DNA from: a phage
Assembly: GCA_008273105.1 (NCBI GenBank)
Contig: GCA_008273105.1_4080.1
Strand: one strand, 5' to 3'
Length of the DNA: 64,000 nucleotides
Shown: piece by piece, positions 61,300-64,000 of the stretch
Layout of the letters: the number at the start of each line of letters is the position of its first letter
How positions within the stretch are numbered: position 1 is the stretch's first letter
Made by a program: the position numbers and the translations under genes
The notes under the pieces: generated by a model
Databases searched by the model: none
The model's input: the letters and a program-made list of their open reading frames with translations, nothing else
What the model was told of the DNA's origin: nothing

Positions 61300-62475
61300 A
61301 TGTTACCTTTTGCAAGAATGGTTAAGTATGGGAATATTAAACCTGCACCTTCGGGTGTATTAAAGATTAGTACATCTGTAACACATATGGGTATGTTATT
61401 TGATAGTGGTAACTTATATCTACGTGGGCGTGGTGCATATTATATGCTAGGAAATAATAGTACTGAGTATGTACAAAATGGGTGGGTACTTTGTCCATAT
61501 AAAGTTTCTAATGTTTGGTGTTTATTCGCAGGGACAATTATACTTACGACTGACGGAGAATTTTACTTAGCAGGGCAAATGAACTATCTCGGTGTATCTG
61601 CATCACCTGTTCCTGGATGGACTAATATTACATCTATATTGTCTACAATTCCAAGCCTTACTACAGTTCAAGATATAGCTTCTACCGAAACTACCGCATT
61701 TAATGGTTCTTTATTAATTCTGTTAAGTGATGGTAACTTATATGGGATAGGCCGTAATGCTGGGGGTGAATTGGGTGTTACTGGAATACAATCAACACCT
61801 ATTTTGATTAACACGGGTGTTACTTTAATCGCAGGAACACAGTCGGGTGGTGCTTTCCATTTTGTAAAAAATGGACAATATTACAGATGTGGTAATAATG
61901 CAAGTTATAACCTAGGTACAAGTTCATCTAAACTATCCACATTTACAGTAAGTACTGATATATCAGGAACAGTTATTGGTATTTCATGTACTACTGAAAC
62001 GACTTCAGTACTTACATCGAATAATGGTAATATTACAGTATATACGGCTGGAAAAAACACTGATTATTGTTTAGGAATAGGGTATGGAGACACTACGATT
62101 ATCATGAGTCCATTTAGTGCTACTCCCGCAATTAGTGGGATTATACCAGATGCTGCTTCGATGAATAACCACAGTTTGAATTATTTTATAATGGCAATGA
62201 CACAGAATGGTAAACTTTATACATGTGGTAGTGGTGTTCCTCTGGGTTGGCCTCCTTCTAGTGCATCAGAAAGATCTTCTTACCACCAAGTACAATATGA
62301 GGATATGGATATTGCTCCAGATGTTAATGCATTTGCAGTACAAGGTGGTTCTGGTGTGTTATACGCGTTAGTGGGGACTAATGAGGTGTACTGGTGTGGT
62401 AATGGGTCTATGTTTCAGGAACAGAGTCCGGGTACACAACAAGTTAAAATGAAGAAAATGATTTTACCAGAATAG
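61300..62475 (+). CDS. MLPF-leader RCC1-like beta-propeller repeat protein 11
   Basis: MLPFARMVKYGN leader; repeats YGIGRNAGGELG, RCGNNASYNLG. Confidence 0.75.
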   Translation: MLPFARMVKYGNIKPAPSGVLKISTSVTHMGMLFDSGNLYLRGRGAYYMLGNNSTEYVQNGWVLCPYKVSNVWCLFAGTIILTTDGEFYLAGQMNYLGVSASPVPGWTNITSILSTIPSLTTVQDIASTETTAFNGSLLILLSDGNLYGIGRNAGGELGVTGIQSTPILINTGVTLIAGTQSGGAFHFVKNGQYYRCGNNASYNLGTSSSKLSTFTVSTDISGTVIGISCTTETTSVLTSNNGNITVYTAGKNTDYCLGIGYGDTTIIMSPFSATPAISGIIPDAASMNNHSLNYFIMAMTQNGKLYTCGSGVPLGWPPSSASERSSYHQVQYEDMDIAPDVNAFAVQGGSGVLYALVGTNEVYWCGNGSMFQEQSPGTQQVKMKKMILPE

Positions 62476-62483
62476 GAGTGAAT

Positions 62484-63626
62484 ATGTTACCTTTTGCAAG
62501 AATGGTTAAGTACGGGAATATTATAATCCCCCTTGATATAAAAAAAGTTGATTTAACAATAAATGGTTGTATAATACTTACAAGTGATGGTAAATTATAT
62601 GCAAGTGGGACTCAATCAGCAGGTCAATTTGGATTAGGAAATAGAACAACACTTACAGTACGTACATTAATAGCCGAAAATGTGGTTAATTTTTGGTTTA
62701 GTCAGTCTGGATTAACTATTTTAAAAAATGATAGTTCATATTGGTTTAGTGGAGCAGCATATGCATATGGAGATAGTGGTAATGTTTTTATTAACATTGA
62801 TAGTTTAATCAAAGACAAATTTGACAATGCGAGCGAAATATATGTTGCACGTGATCATGCAACTGTTATTGTAAACGCCGATGGTTCAGTTTGGGTTTTA
62901 GGTTCTAATTTATATGGTATGATTGGGTTAGCAAGTACTACAACATACGCCCCTACATGGACACAAAATACAAACCTTACTGGTGTTTCTAAAATGCAAT
63001 TTGGTCATCTGAACGCATGTGGAATAAGATCGAATGGCGACGTTGTTGCGTGGGGTGAGAACAGATTCAACTGCTTCACAACTGTGGGCGGTACTGGTTA
63101 CCTGACACCAAGAGTAGTTAAGTCAAATGTGATTGATTTTTATTTAACTGCAACATCTTGTTTTATGTGGAGTGATGCTACTTCAGTTTATTTTAGTGGC
63201 TATACTGGGGACACTGGATTATTAAATTCTGCGGCTGGTAGTACCTTTCAGTCATACAATATATACAGTGTAGCTCAACCGGAAACATATGTAAGTTCAG
63301 AGTTTCGTTTTATAAAGCATACAAACTACAACTATGGTAATGCTGTTAACTTACCAGTATACGTTAAATTTAGAATTAATGGTGAAGTTTATAGTAGTGG
63401 ATATAACTTAAGTAGTAGTTTGGGGGTAAATTCCGTTTCCACCAGCGTAAAAAATACAACTTTAGTTCCAGGTGCATCAAAAATGACATCGTGGGTGGCT
63501 GGTGATACTAATGTTAAATTAGCTACTATTGATGGTAGTTTATATGGTGCAGGTAACGTACAATATATTTTAGATAAACCAAGTCAAGAAATATATCCCA
63601 CATATCAAAAATTAAATATAATATAA
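62484..63626 (+). CDS. MLPF-leader RCC1-like beta-propeller repeat protein 12
   Basis: Start MLPFARMVKYGN 8 nt after stop of gene 11 (TAGGAG overlap); no cassette, likely co-transcribed. Confidence 0.75.
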   Translation: MLPFARMVKYGNIIIPLDIKKVDLTINGCIILTSDGKLYASGTQSAGQFGLGNRTTLTVRTLIAENVVNFWFSQSGLTILKNDSSYWFSGAAYAYGDSGNVFINIDSLIKDKFDNASEIYVARDHATVIVNADGSVWVLGSNLYGMIGLASTTTYAPTWTQNTNLTGVSKMQFGHLNACGIRSNGDVVAWGENRFNCFTTVGGTGYLTPRVVKSNVIDFYLTATSCFMWSDATSVYFSGYTGDTGLLNSAAGSTFQSYNIYSVAQPETYVSSEFRFIKHTNYNYGNAVNLPVYVKFRINGEVYSSGYNLSSSLGVNSVSTSVKNTTLVPGASKMTSWVAGDTNVKLATIDGSLYGAGNVQYILDKPSQEIYPTYQKLNII

Positions 63627-63636
63627 AGGAGGGAAT

Positions 63637-64000
63637 ATGTTACCTTTTGGAAGAATGTTAAAGTACGGAAATATTAAACCAACTCTTCCTGAAATAAAGA
63701 AATTGGATGGTAGTCAATTACATGTCGGATTACTTTATAGTACAGGGAATATGTACATGCGTGGTTCTGGTTCGAACTATAAATTAGGTACAGGGGATGC
63801 TAGTGATGTATTCGGTGGTTGGGTACATGTACCCTATGAAGTTGATGATTTTTGGGCGTGTGTATCCGGTACATTAATAAAGACTGTTGATAATAAATTA
63901 TATTGTGCAGGTCTATACATGGGTGGATATTTTGGGGCTAGTGGTTCATATGTTAACTGGACTGAAGTAACTTCATTATTTGTAGGTATTGACGTGTCGC
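63637..64000 (+). CDS. MLPF-leader RCC1-like repeat protein 13 (3' end beyond window)
   Basis: Start MLPFGRMLKYGN 10 nt after stop of gene 12 with AAGGAGGG SD; frame open to window end. Confidence 0.7.
   Translation, partial: MLPFGRMLKYGNIKPTLPEIKKLDGSQLHVGLLYSTGNMYMRGSGSNYKLGTGDASDVFGGWVHVPYEVDDFWACVSGTLIKTVDNKLYCAGLYMGGYFGASGSYVNWTEVTSLFVGIDVS

Noticed and set aside
49540-64000. Regularly spaced repeated intergenic element, considered as a CRISPR-like array
   Set aside because: The repeated unit is about 65 bp and separates full-length protein genes of about 1.1-1.2 kb; it parses as terminator hairpin + TATAAT + SD, not as short repeats with short spacers.
1-64000. Diversity-generating retroelement, integrase, transposase or other mobile-element machinery explaining the paralog arrays
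   Set aside because: No reverse-transcriptase, integrase or transposase-like ORF and no terminal inverted repeats were seen; diversification looks like duplication, divergence and recombination.

Overview
AT-rich, extremely gene-dense window that reads as an accessory / host-takeover region of a large virulent dsDNA phage; taxon and host are not identified, and no virion, replication, integrase or transposase gene is recognisable. Everything below is manual reading; no counts, folds or searches were run. Layout: (1) 1-24.3 kb, minus strand: two large tandem arrays of small paralogs - family A (about 30 members, 100-225 aa, invariant acidic-x-x-F-Q-x-S-x-V core) and family B (about 33 members, 50-95 aa, LGT[ND]xQ[EQ] core), with overlapping start/stop codons. 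(2) 24.3-42.7 kb, minus strand: about 50 small, mostly monocistronic early-type genes, each with a near-consensus sigma70-type promoter, a conserved 5'-terminal GC hairpin and a Shine-Dalgarno; recognisable products are a truncated protein-kinase-like protein, a TraR/DksA-type zinc finger, an H-NS-like protein and a GNAT-like protein. (3) 42.7-44.65 kb: non-coding hub with direct repeats, AGCCGT iterons and hairpins. (4) 44.65-49.47 kb, minus strand: third array, family C (about 21 members of about 60 aa), one operon. (5) 49.5-64 kb, plus strand: 13 cassettes, 12 encoding diverged RCC1-like beta-propeller repeat proteins and one a glycine-rich protein, all sharing the N-terminal dodecapeptide MLPF(G/A/V)RM(V/L/M)KYGN; most cassettes are bounded by a conserved terminator hairpin, a TATAAT element and an AAGGAGG site. 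This leader-tagged cassette array, together with the three small-protein arrays, is the best candidate for an undescribed system. Gene starts in the arrays are approximate; several six-frame N-terminal extensions are translated promoter sequence and were trimmed where an SD-supported ATG exists.
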